Source: Candidatus Poribacteria bacterium
Lineage (GTDB): Bacteria > Poribacteria > WGA-4E > PCPOR2b
DNA length: 64,000 bases
NCBI GenBank assembly: GCA_965208325.1
Contig: OZ242326.1
Span: forward strand, 2,240,001 to 2,304,000
Reading direction: 5' to 3'
Part shown: piece by piece, positions 18,540-28,308 of the stretch
Layout of the letters: each line of letters starts with the position of its first letter
Numbering within the stretch: position 1 is the stretch's first letter
The notes under the pieces: model-generated
What the model was told of the DNA's origin: nothing
The model's database searches: none
What the model saw: the letters and a program-made list of their open reading frames with translations, nothing else
Made by a program: the position numbers and the translations under genes

Positions 18540-19085
18540 GTGTGCATAATCTTAGATGTCAATAGTTTCAGTAATTTTAGGAACGCAGATAATGAAGATT
18601 TGGAACCCGTGCGGAATTGGTTGGAGCGCGAAAGCGGAAAAATTGTTTATTCTTCTACTGAGAAATTTCGGTGTGAATGGGAAGCAGGAGGCGGGTACGA
18701 GTTGATGATAAGTCTACTATATCCGGGGTCAAGTCCTTCCTCTTCCATTAGGATGGACTGGGAACAGACAATCATTGAACTGCGAAGGATGGGCAAATTG
18801 AAATTAGTCTCAGCTGACCATGTGCAAGCAAAAGCGGAGGCATTAGAACAATCGGGCGAACTTAGGTCCGACGACCCTCACATCATCGCTGTAGCTATGA
18901 TTGCGAGCGTGAAAGTATTAGTCGTCCAACACCTCCCTAACACGCCAAGAAAAGGAGGACGAAGAGGGGCAAGAGCGGCTGATCCAGCATTGCAGGCAGA
19001 CTTTAAGGACCGCAATCTTGTTGGCGGTAAAGTTTATTCTACAAAAAGCCATTCACACCTGCTTCGTAGAGATACTTGTCCCTAA
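18540..19085 (+). CDS. PIN-domain-like protein
   Basis: N-terminal CIILDVN strand with Asp, later E, DDPHIIAVA and D.ALQADFK acidic residues typical of the PIN fold; starts 3 nt after the ATPase stop. Confidence 0.65.
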   Translation: MCIILDVNSFSNFRNADNEDLEPVRNWLERESGKIVYSSTEKFRCEWEAGGGYELMISLLYPGSSPSSSIRMDWEQTIIELRRMGKLKLVSADHVQAKAEALEQSGELRSDDPHIIAVAMIASVKVLVVQHLPNTPRKGGRRGARAADPALQADFKDRNLVGGKVYSTKSHSHLLRRDTCP

Positions 19086-19314
19086 CCGTATATGACAATC
19101 CTTACCACGAGACTTCCCCTAAACCTATTGAAAACATCATTGACCGCGACTAGATAGCGTTCACGCAGCGATCCAAACAAGTATACTATGGATAGCATTT
19201 CCCAGATATTTTCTATAGTTAGTTACGCTTGTGCATGGGTATTGTGACAGAAGTATTACACAATTTCATAACATCTGTGAATCTTGATCTAATTCAGTTT
19301 CACTACCAAAAAAG

Positions 19315-20574
19315 ATGCCGATAAAGAATATCACAGTTTTCTCAATCATATGCTTGCTGCTTTATGGCAGTGTATCAGTCGCCGCTGCTTCGGATTGGCC
19401 GCAGTGGCGCGGTCCCAATCGCGACGGGATTTCCCAAGAAGTTGGGCTTCTCAAAAAGTGGCCGGACGGAGGTCCCAAAGTCCTTTGGAGAGTTTCACTT
19501 GGCGAGGGATTTTCCGGGATTTCCGTCGCTGACGGTCGTGTCTACACGATGTTCTCGGACGCAGAAGATGAGTTCGTCGTTTGTCTCGATGCCGCAAATG
19601 GCGAAGAGATCTGGCGGTTTCGTACCGACAAAACATTCTATGAGTACGAAGGCGGCAATGGACCTCGTGCAACTCCGACAATCGACGGGGAGTTCCTCTT
19701 CACGGTATCCGCGCAGGGCAAATTCTATGCGTTGCATAGTGTAAATGGAGTAAAGGTCTGGTCTTACGATCTGATTAAAGATTTCAGCGGCTACATGCCC
19801 AGGTGGGGGTTCAGTTCTTCACCGTTGGTGGAAGGCAATCAGCTATTCGTAGAGGTCGGCGGCGTCAATGGAAAATTTATCGTGGCTTTTGATAAGAAGA
19901 ATGGCGACGTCCTCTGGAGTTCCCACACAGACAAACTGGGATACGCCTCGCCGATTGCTGTTACAATTGGCGGGATACGGCAACTCATTGTCTTCGCGGG
20001 GCATCGGTTGCTCTCATTATCAACCGATAACGGAGAGTTGCTTTGGAGTTTCCCGTGGCGGACGGGACGGTATGATGTTCACGCGGCAACTCCCATTTTC
20101 ATTCCACCGGACAAGATCTACATCTCATCGGCGTACGGAAAGGGAGCCGCAGTCGTACAGGTCAAGGTAACGGATTCTACCGAATCTAGTGCTCGGAACA
20201 AAATCGAGGTCGAAGAGGTGTGGAAAAATGAGAGAATGCAGAACCGGTTGGCTACGTCGATTTTGTACGACAATCACCTTTACGGCTTTCACAGGACTAT
20301 TTTGAAATGTATTGATGCCAATACCGGCGTAGAAAAATGGAAAACTCGCGGATTCGGTGAAGGCACGCTCATGCTTGCAGACGGACACTTGATTATTCTC
20401 GGCGACCGCGGCAAGTTGGGTTTGGTAGAGGCGACACCCGCCGTTTATCGTGAGGCAGCGAGCGCAGAGGTGCTGAGCGGACTCTGTTGGACGGTGCCGA
20501 CACTTGCGAACGGCAGGCTCTATGCTCGAAATGAGAAAGAGATGGTCTGTTTAGACATGACAGGCAGAAATTAG
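19315..20574 (+). CDS. PQQ-binding-like beta-propeller repeat protein
   Basis: Signal peptide, DWPQWRGPNRDG, repeated xxGxxxW motifs, WTVPTLANGRLYAR. Confidence 0.9.
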   Translation: MPIKNITVFSIICLLLYGSVSVAAASDWPQWRGPNRDGISQEVGLLKKWPDGGPKVLWRVSLGEGFSGISVADGRVYTMFSDAEDEFVVCLDAANGEEIWRFRTDKTFYEYEGGNGPRATPTIDGEFLFTVSAQGKFYALHSVNGVKVWSYDLIKDFSGYMPRWGFSSSPLVEGNQLFVEVGGVNGKFIVAFDKKNGDVLWSSHTDKLGYASPIAVTIGGIRQLIVFAGHRLLSLSTDNGELLWSFPWRTGRYDVHAATPIFIPPDKIYISSAYGKGAAVVQVKVTDSTESSARNKIEVEEVWKNERMQNRLATSILYDNHLYGFHRTILKCIDANTGVEKWKTRGFGEGTLMLADGHLIILGDRGKLGLVEATPAVYREAASAEVLSGLCWTVPTLANGRLYARNEKEMVCLDMTGRN

Positions 20575-20727
20575 GGAATGACCGATAAAACCAGGCTATT
20601 TTTTTTGGGGGAAAGCAAAAGGGTTATAATGTTCTAAGGAAAAAACTTGGTGATGAAGCCAGTACGCGGGATAAGAACGGCTATAGAAAATTAGGCATAA
20701 TGCGGCAAAAACAGGGGAGAACGACTC

Positions 20728-21945
20728 ATGAAATTAAGAAACAAGCGCCGCTATATCGCGCTTGGCGGTCTATTGATGTTAATCGGAATGGTGGCGGTTA
20801 GCGTTTTTATGCCTAGCGTTGAAGAAGATGTGGTATTCCGAATTCCGGATTGGAAAGTCAAATCGGTTTATGCGAATGATGAAGACACCCGCCTGATAAC
20901 TGGAGATATTCCCATCGGTGTTGTCGTGGCGCTGACCGGGAAACATGCTGAAGCGTACGGTTTCGCTATGCAACGCGGTTTTGAATTGGCTCGCGAGGAG
21001 ATTAACAACGCCGGTGATGTAAATCTCACGTTTATCACTGTGGATGATCGGAGCAGTGTGGACGGGGCAAAGGAGGCTGTACGGCACTTGGCAGACCAAG
21101 GGGTATCTGCCATCGTCGGACTCGCAATCTCGACGCACCTAAAAGAGGCGGCTCCGATCGCGCAGCAGAATAGAATCATCGCCTTTAGCTCGGTCTCCTC
21201 CGCTGCCGGTTTGAGCGCGATCGGGGATTTTATCTTCCGCACTAGTCTCGCCACAAATATCAGCATTCCCAGCGGTTTGGCCGCAACTCAGCAGAAACTC
21301 GGCTATAAAAAAGTAGCATTGATATATGATGAAATCGATGTCTACTCCATAAATAGCAATGAAGTGTTAAGGAGAGCACTTGAAGCAAACGGAGTCGAGA
21401 TTCTAATCACGGAAACCTTCCAAACCGGCGATACCGATTTGACCCGGCAATTGACCAATATAGTAGCGGCAAAACCGGACGCCCTCTTTGTCTCCGCGCT
21501 GTCACAAGAAATAGCACAGACTGTCGCGCAAACTTCCGAGGTAGGTGTTCCCGATAGTATCGACATTATTGTCCCTGATTTAACCATGAATGAAGTGCGA
21601 AAGGCGGGCGATGCCGCTGAAGGCGCCATAGGTTTTATCGGATGGTCTACCATGTCTGACGCCCGAGGAAACCAATCGTTTGTTCAAAATTATCGGGCGA
21701 AATATGGTATCCAGCCCGAACCGTGGGCGGCACAATCGTATGCAACCCTTTATGTGCTCGCTAACGCAATTAAAATTGCGCAATCGTCGGATGCCGCCGC
21801 CATTCGGGACGCACTTGCACAAACGAAGGATTTCCCGACAATTTTGGGCAAATCAGGCGCGTTCTCATTCAATCCTGACGGAGACGCACTGTATGACCAA
21901 ATTATAATGGTCGTCAAGGACGGAGAACTTCAGTTCTTTGAATAA
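20728..21945 (+). CDS. ABC transporter substrate-binding protein, branched-chain amino acid (LivJ/K) family
   Basis: IPIGVVVALTG, GFELAREEIN, DFIFRTS, AAQSY, AIRDAL. Confidence 0.88.
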   Translation: MKLRNKRRYIALGGLLMLIGMVAVSVFMPSVEEDVVFRIPDWKVKSVYANDEDTRLITGDIPIGVVVALTGKHAEAYGFAMQRGFELAREEINNAGDVNLTFITVDDRSSVDGAKEAVRHLADQGVSAIVGLAISTHLKEAAPIAQQNRIIAFSSVSSAAGLSAIGDFIFRTSLATNISIPSGLAATQQKLGYKKVALIYDEIDVYSINSNEVLRRALEANGVEILITETFQTGDTDLTRQLTNIVAAKPDALFVSALSQEIAQTVAQTSEVGVPDSIDIIVPDLTMNEVRKAGDAAEGAIGFIGWSTMSDARGNQSFVQNYRAKYGIQPEPWAAQSYATLYVLANAIKIAQSSDAAAIRDALAQTKDFPTILGKSGAFSFNPDGDALYDQIIMVVKDGELQFFE

Positions 21946-21977
21946 TCGGCAGCAAAGACGTATGTTGAATCCGCATT

Positions 21978-22092
21978 CAGTATCACTTTGCCGCTATTGT
22001 CAAAGCGGAGCCGGTAGACGCCGTGGCAATTCGAGACGCGTCGGCATTACCCCATTGACACTCCTACCTGGCACAATTCGTTTCGTTTTGAA
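21978..22092 (+). pseudogene. Decayed fragment of a paralogous LivJ-family binding protein
   Basis: Translates AAIVKAEPVDAVAIRDASA, aligning with ANAIKIAQSSDAAAIRDALA in the upstream gene, then frameshifts. Confidence 0.4.
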
Positions 22093-22110
22093 CTTAAGCG
22101 TGTGGTTTTT

Positions 22111-22344
22111 GTAGGTTGGGTAGAGCGGGTAATTACAATACCGTTCTTAAGGAAAAACAAGGTACGGGGAACTCTCGTCGCGCTTGCCGAGATTCATGTA
22201 GCGAAACCCAACGCTTTTCTGTCGGCCAGAGGTTTGAAAAGCGTTGGGTTTCGCTTTAGGCATACAAGTCCTGAACTCAATCGGCAAACTATATTTATGC
22301 TGCATAGTTCACATGTTTCATAAAATCCGCTCTACCCAACCTAC
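22111..22344. repeat. REPIN-like palindromic element, copy 2
   Basis: GTAGGTTGGGTAGAGCGG / CCGCTCTACCCAACCTAC ends, inner AGCGAAACCCAACGCTTTTC / GAAAAGCGTTGGGTTTCGCT. Confidence 0.8.
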
Positions 22345-22508
22345 AAGAGTTGCCGATACAATTCTCAGATGTGACGGTACGCCGGTGATGGTCGTAAAAT
22401 GAATTCGCAAGGTAACCAAAAGGTAACCGAAAAAAAGATCTGTTTCGACAACAAAAATTGGCCGCCGCAAAACAATTTTACCAAGCGATTAATTGAGCGA
22501 TGGTTCTT

Positions 22509-22772
22509 GTAGGTTGGGTTGAGCGGATAAATCAAAAAATGTAAAAATGGCAGGTGTTTGACCGGAACATCAAACGACCCCTTTACCAAAATTGATGTAG
22601 CGTAACCCAACGCTTTTCAAATCACCCAGCGGCTACTGAATGCTCAAAAACATTTGAAATAACCAAAAAGCGTTGGGTTCGCTAAATTCAAACATCCTCT
22701 ATACAACATCAAATCCCGAAATCCATTTGACATATTTCGTCCATTTCACTTGCTCCGCTTAACCCAACCTAC
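22509..22772. repeat. REPIN-like palindromic element, copy 3
   Basis: Same ends and inner arms; alignable with copy 1 over its full length. Confidence 0.8.
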
Positions 22773-22998
22773 AAAAACCGGGAATCGGATTAGGTCATCT
22801 ATCGAAAGCGTGAGATTTTTATGAACCGTGTGCAATCAGCCGATTAACTGGCGAGAAACCAGATGGTTAGTTTAGCATTGAACTTAAGCATCTAGCTATG
22901 CTAGAATGCGTAGCAGAGGTTAGGAGAGGAGATAGTCAATCAGGGCATGATGTATCTATCTCGTTTTTGCGCAAGAATTCTAAAGGGGAGGATTCCTA

Positions 22999-23763
22999 AT
23001 GAGGAGGATAGCTTACTGCTTCATTGCGATTACTGTATTTGTCTGCCTGATTTCCGTTAAAGCTCCGGCTGACCTTGTTGACGGACTGGTTGCCGCGTGG
23101 TTGCTCGATGAGGGAAAAGGGGCTGTTATGAAAGATGCTGTCGGTGACCACGACGGCGAAATTGATGGCGGGGAATGGACTGATGACGCCAAGAGCGGAA
23201 AGTCTGCCTATCGGCTTGCGGGTCAAACGCTCATTACGGTTAAAAATTCGAAGGACATTGATATCCTAAAGGACGGGTTTACGATCGCCCACTGGATTAA
23301 CCCCAAACAGGGCGGCGCGATTATGGATAAATCGGGGGATGACGGTTCGAGAATCCAGTGGTACATCCTTGGCGACAAACGCCATCATTGGGGCATCGGC
23401 GGGGCATGGGGGTTCTCGGACGGCAATCCAGTTCCCAATTTTAACGAATGGTATCACTTCGCATGGTCACACGAACCAGATGAAGCGAGCATTGTCTATC
23501 GTGACGGGGAGGAAGTCGGCATGAACCGCCTCGGGGCAGTGCCGGAGACTGGGAGAGACATGCACTTTGGCAACCGGTTGCCTTGGGAGGGCCGGCAAGA
23601 ATGGTTCAATGGGATATTGGACGATATCGGTTTCTGGAATCGACCATTATCCGAGGCTGAGGTCAATGAACTCATAGACAAGGGGCTGCCAAATTTCCTC
23701 GCCGTCTCGCCACAAGGCAAATTAGCAACAACGTGGGCAACACTGAAAACTCGCCTAAATTAG
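22999..23763 (+). CDS. Secreted LamG-like jellyroll protein (close paralog of 15841..16605)
   Basis: Same length (254 aa), long identical blocks, tail VSPQGKLATTWATLK. Confidence 0.88.
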   Translation: MRRIAYCFIAITVFVCLISVKAPADLVDGLVAAWLLDEGKGAVMKDAVGDHDGEIDGGEWTDDAKSGKSAYRLAGQTLITVKNSKDIDILKDGFTIAHWINPKQGGAIMDKSGDDGSRIQWYILGDKRHHWGIGGAWGFSDGNPVPNFNEWYHFAWSHEPDEASIVYRDGEEVGMNRLGAVPETGRDMHFGNRLPWEGRQEWFNGILDDIGFWNRPLSEAEVNELIDKGLPNFLAVSPQGKLATTWATLKTRLN

Positions 23764-23818
23764 CGAATCTGCAGCGTTTTTACATATTTTCGTAACCTGG
23801 CAACTTTGCCGGGATGTT

Positions 23819-24074
23819 TTAGAACCTGTTTGAAAAATAGGTGACATAGCCATTCTTGCGCGTTTGAGTTGCTATAACCGGTGGAACTTCTATTGTGCGG
23901 GATTTGCTATCGCCTTCGCTATTCGCTCAGTTGATTCTATTCGGTCGCTTGATTCCACCAAATACCTTACTCCAGCATTGGGCGGGGCAAGATGCCCCGC
24001 CTACGGAAGGCAGTAGGGTGCTATACACCTGCAGCCCTCGGGGCTGTTTAAAATGAGTTTCAAACAAGTTCTTA
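23819..24074. mobile_element. MITE-like element with IS5-family-like ends and TTA target duplication
   Basis: TIRs GAACCTGTTTGAAA (23822-23835) / TTTCAAACAAGTTC (24058-24071), 13/14 match, flanked by TTA on both sides. Confidence 0.65.
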
Positions 24075-24386
24075 AGGAGGATGTGAAAAAGGACCAAACG
24101 CAACCCAACAGGTGTGTTTCGGAAACTTATACTCCAATCCAAGAAATAGTGTTTGGGGTGCAAACGAGAGAGGGGGTGAGTTGCGCTTTCGCAAAGCGTT
24201 GAGGTGCCGTGGCAGATATAACCTTGCGCTATTCAGATTTGGACATTTGATCACGTATTAACTTATGAATTCCAAACCCGAACATTATTGTGAAGGGATT
24301 TTACAGATTCTAGGTTGTTCGGTGGTTCTGCCGGTTTTTGGTAAGATAATTTGCACGAAAAAATGCTTTGAATAGGGAGGCTTGAC

Positions 24387-25163
24387 ATGTATAGATTTTT
24401 CATTAAACACGCTTTTTATTTGATTGCCCTAATAGCCATGATTGCCAATTCGGCGGCTTTCGCGGCGATAGATGGCAATTTGGTGGCATACTGGGGTTGT
24501 GATGAGGGCTCTGGAAATACCCTCAACGATAGCGCCGGGGGACATACCGGTATGCTGTCTGCGGGCATTGCGTTTGTAGACGACACTGCCTCTAACTCTG
24601 GTACGGCGTTGGATTTTACGGCGGGCGGCGATCCCTTGATTACTGTGGAAGATGCGCCCGACCTCAATAACTGGGATCCTGGGTTCACTGTTGCCATGTG
24701 GATTTGTCCTCGCGGCGGCGGTTCACTGATGGATAAGTCGGAGAGCGATGCTGTTAGAGTCCAATGGTATGTCCTGGGCGACCAACGCATGCATTGGGGT
24801 CATGGCGGCTCGTGGGGTTTCTCTGACGACATGCACTTTCCTGCTTTTGGTGAATGGCATCATGTTGCCTGGACACACGACATGGCGCAGAGCGTTGTGT
24901 ATATCGACGGCAATGTGGCGGGCACCACTGAATTCGAGGGGCCAATACCCGACACCACGGGAGCCGTGTTATACTTCGGCAACCGCCTAGTCCACGAAGG
25001 GCGGTCGGAATGGTACAACGGCAAGATGGATGAAATCGGCTTATGGAACCGCGCACTATCCGCCGATGAAATCGGAGCGCTTGCCGGTGGCGAAATTCCC
25101 ACGGCGGTCTTGCCGCAGGATAAACTCGCGACGACATGGGCGGACCTTAAATCTCACGATTAG
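24387..25163 (+). CDS. Secreted LamG-like jellyroll protein
   Basis: Signal peptide, LVAYW, WHHVAWT, YNGKMDEIGLWNRALS, tail VLPQDKLATTWADLK; GGGAGG RBS. Confidence 0.88.
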   Translation: MYRFFIKHAFYLIALIAMIANSAAFAAIDGNLVAYWGCDEGSGNTLNDSAGGHTGMLSAGIAFVDDTASNSGTALDFTAGGDPLITVEDAPDLNNWDPGFTVAMWICPRGGGSLMDKSESDAVRVQWYVLGDQRMHWGHGGSWGFSDDMHFPAFGEWHHVAWTHDMAQSVVYIDGNVAGTTEFEGPIPDTTGAVLYFGNRLVHEGRSEWYNGKMDEIGLWNRALSADEIGALAGGEIPTAVLPQDKLATTWADLKSHD

Positions 25164-25336
25164 TCCGTGAGGTGTATTTGCGAAGGTTTGCACGCAGTTT
25201 GAAGTTTAAATAAACTACCGGGGCAAATTTCAGATAAAGGAACTCAATTCAAATCCTATATCTGGGATTTGCTTTTTTTTTTAGCGATGCACGAATTTGG
25301 AGGCAAAAAACGCGGGAGAAATGCTAATCGAAAGGT

Positions 25337-26689
25337 CTATAGTTGCTTTGCTGCTTTAAATTTTTGGGTTGCGAACTGACGCCACTCTTTGAGTTTGGTA
25401 TTGCGGTAATCCGGCTTTTGCCATTCGTTTTGGGCAATTCGCATGGCTTCTTCTTCCGAAAGTGGTATTTCGGCGAGTTTTCTGATTGCCGCCTGCCGTT
25501 TTTCCATATCTTTCGTTTTATTAATCGTTTTCCACGCATTGACCAAATCTTTGTGCGGATCAATTACGAGCGCGCCGATAAGATCGCTCACAATGTCCCA
25601 ACGCTTCCCACCCTTCTCTGCATTATATCGAATTGGCGTCAGATTTAGTTCAAACGGATTCGATACGGCGCAGCGTTCACCGAGTTCATCGTAGAGGGTA
25701 GGAATCACGCTGCAGCGGTTTAATTCAAACTCCTTGGGACCGTCGGGATCGGTAATAGGCAACATCCATAGCTTTTGCCCTTCATCCGAAAGCACAAACT
25801 CGATGAACTGTTGAGCCGCTTCCAAATTCGGCGCACCCTTCAGTATCGCTATGGAATCGGGGCCCACAACGGCTGCATCCGACGGCACGATATATCCGAT
25901 TGCATCCGCTCCAATTACAGCAATCTCCGCATAGGCGTAAAAATCTATTGCCATTCCATAGATAACTTGCCCCGACGTAACATCTCTGGGAATCCTGCTT
26001 GAGGCAGCGGGGAACATTCTGACATTTGCGCCCAATTGCGTAATTAATGCAAACCCTTTTTCCCAACCGTAGCCCTGAAGGATGATTTCGTACATCATGT
26101 GCGCGCTTCCGCTTTCGCGCGGGTCTGCCGCGCCCACACGGCCAATCAATTCGGGGCGCGTCAAATCTTTCCATGTTCTGACTTCGGGCAAGCCGAGACG
26201 TTGACGAAGGTTTTCATTGTACATAATCCCGAAACTTGATAGCGCTGTGCCGTACCATCGAAATTCCGTATCATAGACGGGAATCCCATAGAACTCTTTA
26301 GGGATTCTATGCAATTGTTCGGCAGGAAGTTTGTACGGAAGCAGCAGACCTCTATCGGCAAGCTTGAGGTAATTATCCGTCCCTCCCCCAAAAAAAAGAT
26401 CGATGCCGATGCCTTCAGGAAGGCGCTGAAATTCGGATTCGATAAATCGAAAATTGGACGATGTCCCGCCTGAATCTATCCAATCAAGAGTAATCTGCCT
26501 TCCAATTTTGTTTTCGTACCATGTCCTGAAACTCCTGCTAAATTCCGTTTCGATGCCTTCCCAGTGCGGGGAAATAATCACTAGATTGTCCTGGGCAGTC
26601 GCGGCTTCGGTCCAGCAAAGGATAACGGTGAAACTGAAGAATAGAATTACCGCACAGATTGGGGCGCAGTTTTGCGTTCGCATAGGCAA
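25337..26689 (-). CDS. ABC transporter substrate-binding protein (Fe3+/thiamine-type)
   Basis: LVIISPH, IDLFFGGG, ADPRESGS, PDSIAILKGAPNLEAAQQFIEFVLSDEGQ. Confidence 0.85.
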   Translation of the reverse strand: MPMRTQNCAPICAVILFFSFTVILCWTEAATAQDNLVIISPHWEGIETEFSRSFRTWYENKIGRQITLDWIDSGGTSSNFRFIESEFQRLPEGIGIDLFFGGGTDNYLKLADRGLLLPYKLPAEQLHRIPKEFYGIPVYDTEFRWYGTALSSFGIMYNENLRQRLGLPEVRTWKDLTRPELIGRVGAADPRESGSAHMMYEIILQGYGWEKGFALITQLGANVRMFPAASSRIPRDVTSGQVIYGMAIDFYAYAEIAVIGADAIGYIVPSDAAVVGPDSIAILKGAPNLEAAQQFIEFVLSDEGQKLWMLPITDPDGPKEFELNRCSVIPTLYDELGERCAVSNPFELNLTPIRYNAEKGGKRWDIVSDLIGALVIDPHKDLVNAWKTINKTKDMEKRQAAIRKLAEIPLSEEEAMRIAQNEWQKPDYRNTKLKEWRQFATQKFKAAKQL

Positions 26690-26741
26690 ATCCTTATGTT
26701 AAAGACGTTGAAAACAACGGATAGAAAAACCGGTGAGATAA

Positions 26742-26879
26742 TCAGAAGGGTAAATGGCGGGTGATTGTAGGCATTTGCCACATCAACACCAAAATCACGG
26801 AGAGAAGAATCAGATACCATACAACTCGCTTCCATGATCCACGTCTTCTACCTTGGTCAAGGCGGTTTGAAATCTTCAT
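26742..26879 (-). CDS. Small (45 aa) single-pass membrane protein
   Basis: Manual translation MKISNRLDQGRRRGSWKRVVWYLILLSVILVLMWQMPTITRHLPF: basic N-terminus plus one TM helix, co-oriented with neighbours. Confidence 0.5.
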   Translation of the reverse strand: MKISNRLDQGRRRGSWKRVVWYLILLSVILVLMWQMPTITRHLPF

Positions 26880-27134
26880 GGTGTCGTGCCTGCTGTGTTT
26901 CGAAAAGTAAAGTTCTTCATAAGATTATGCGCCGCTAATTTAGGTGCAAAATGTCAATCCTTGGCTTTGAACATTTGGGACGCAACCATGCCAAACTCAA
27001 CTTGCGTCACAATAGAACACCGCCGCAACTTGCCGACTACGTTTTTTACGGCTGCGGATCTGATAAAGAACTAATACGCTATCTCACCGGATTGGATGTG
27101 CAAAACCAAATATTTTGACATTGTGTGATAACTG

Positions 27135-28049
27135 CTAATCCCTGCGCTGTTCCGCGGGAATTACCGACTTTATCTGGCGGGCATGGATTACGGAAATACC
27201 GTAACTGAAAACTTCCTCGACAGAAAATTCAAACCCGCTGTGGTGGATTTTCTCCCCCTGTTCCGGCAATCGACCGAATAGACTCAATATAAGCCCACCG
27301 ATTGTATCACATCGATCGGTCTGAATGTTTGTGCCGAATGATGAATTAATCATATCTATTGATGTCCGCGCATCAACAATCCATGAACCGTTGTCGAGGA
27401 GTTCAACCGGCGGGGTATGCCGTTTGTGATTGTAACGTATCTCACCTACGATTTGCTCAATCATGTCCTCCAAAGTGACAAATCCAACGCACCCTGCATG
27501 CTCATCAATGACAACGGCAATGGGGTCTTCCGCGATGCGCAGTTCGTCAAGCAGATCGCTCGTGAGTTTTGTTTCTGGGACATAGTAGGCTGGTCGAATT
27601 AGAGAATTCAGTTCGTTCAATTTCTGGGGTGCATACAGAACATCGGAGATGCTGACAATTCCAGTCAGTCGATCGATTCGTTCTTCATAGACTGGGATGT
27701 ATTGATAGTTAGAGTGGCGCACTATTGCCTTCACTTGCTCGACGGGTGTTGCGACATGAACGGCAATGATTTCTGACAACGGAATCATGACTTCTCGCGC
27801 GGTAGTCGTCGAAAGGGAAAAAATTCCGCGCAACATACGTGATTCGTTAGCTGAAAATGTGTCAATCCATTCAAGGAGAAATTCTAAAACTTGTTCCCTG
27901 GTCGGTCCGACCTTACTTTTGCGCTTCCGTTTGGCAAACACGTTTTTTCTATCGTCAGTATTTGTTATCCTAGACGGAAGGTTCGGTTGTGGATTCGATT
28001 GAGCAACAAGTTGATTTTGTTTATTGATTACTTTGCTTATAAAGCCCAT
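27135..28049 (-). CDS. CBS-pair/CorC-HlyC transporter-associated protein
   Basis: TAREVMIP, YYVPETK, VIDEHAGCVGFVTLEDMIEQIVGEI, DTIGGL. Confidence 0.85.
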   Translation of the reverse strand: MGFISKVINKQNQLVAQSNPQPNLPSRITNTDDRKNVFAKRKRKSKVGPTREQVLEFLLEWIDTFSANESRMLRGIFSLSTTTAREVMIPLSEIIAVHVATPVEQVKAIVRHSNYQYIPVYEERIDRLTGIVSISDVLYAPQKLNELNSLIRPAYYVPETKLTSDLLDELRIAEDPIAVVIDEHAGCVGFVTLEDMIEQIVGEIRYNHKRHTPPVELLDNGSWIVDARTSIDMINSSFGTNIQTDRCDTIGGLILSLFGRLPEQGEKIHHSGFEFSVEEVFSYGISVIHARQIKSVIPAEQRRD

Positions 28050-28308
28050 GGGTACGTGTGATAGATTGATTCTAGCCTAGAGATTTGGCCCAATTTGCGA
28101 TTTCGATTTTTTCCTGAAATTGGAAGAATAGCCTTGTTAAAACTACAGTGCAAAGAGACAAAACATGTGCAAGAATTTTCATCTATGCCGTCAACAAAAT
28201 TACCTCATTGCAGATTCAATATTGGGGAAAAGGTGCTCCATATCCAGCAACTTCGTGTGAGATGCGTTTTACTTATTGCATCATCCGGTTTATAAAGTTT
28301 CTCCTAGT

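Noticed and set aside
22102..22610. Short ORFs 22102..22323 and 22365..22610
   Set aside because: They lie in or overlap the palindromic repeats
16741..22772. CRISPR array
   Set aside because: Repeats are inverted, dispersed and irregularly spaced; no direct repeat-spacer pattern or cas genes
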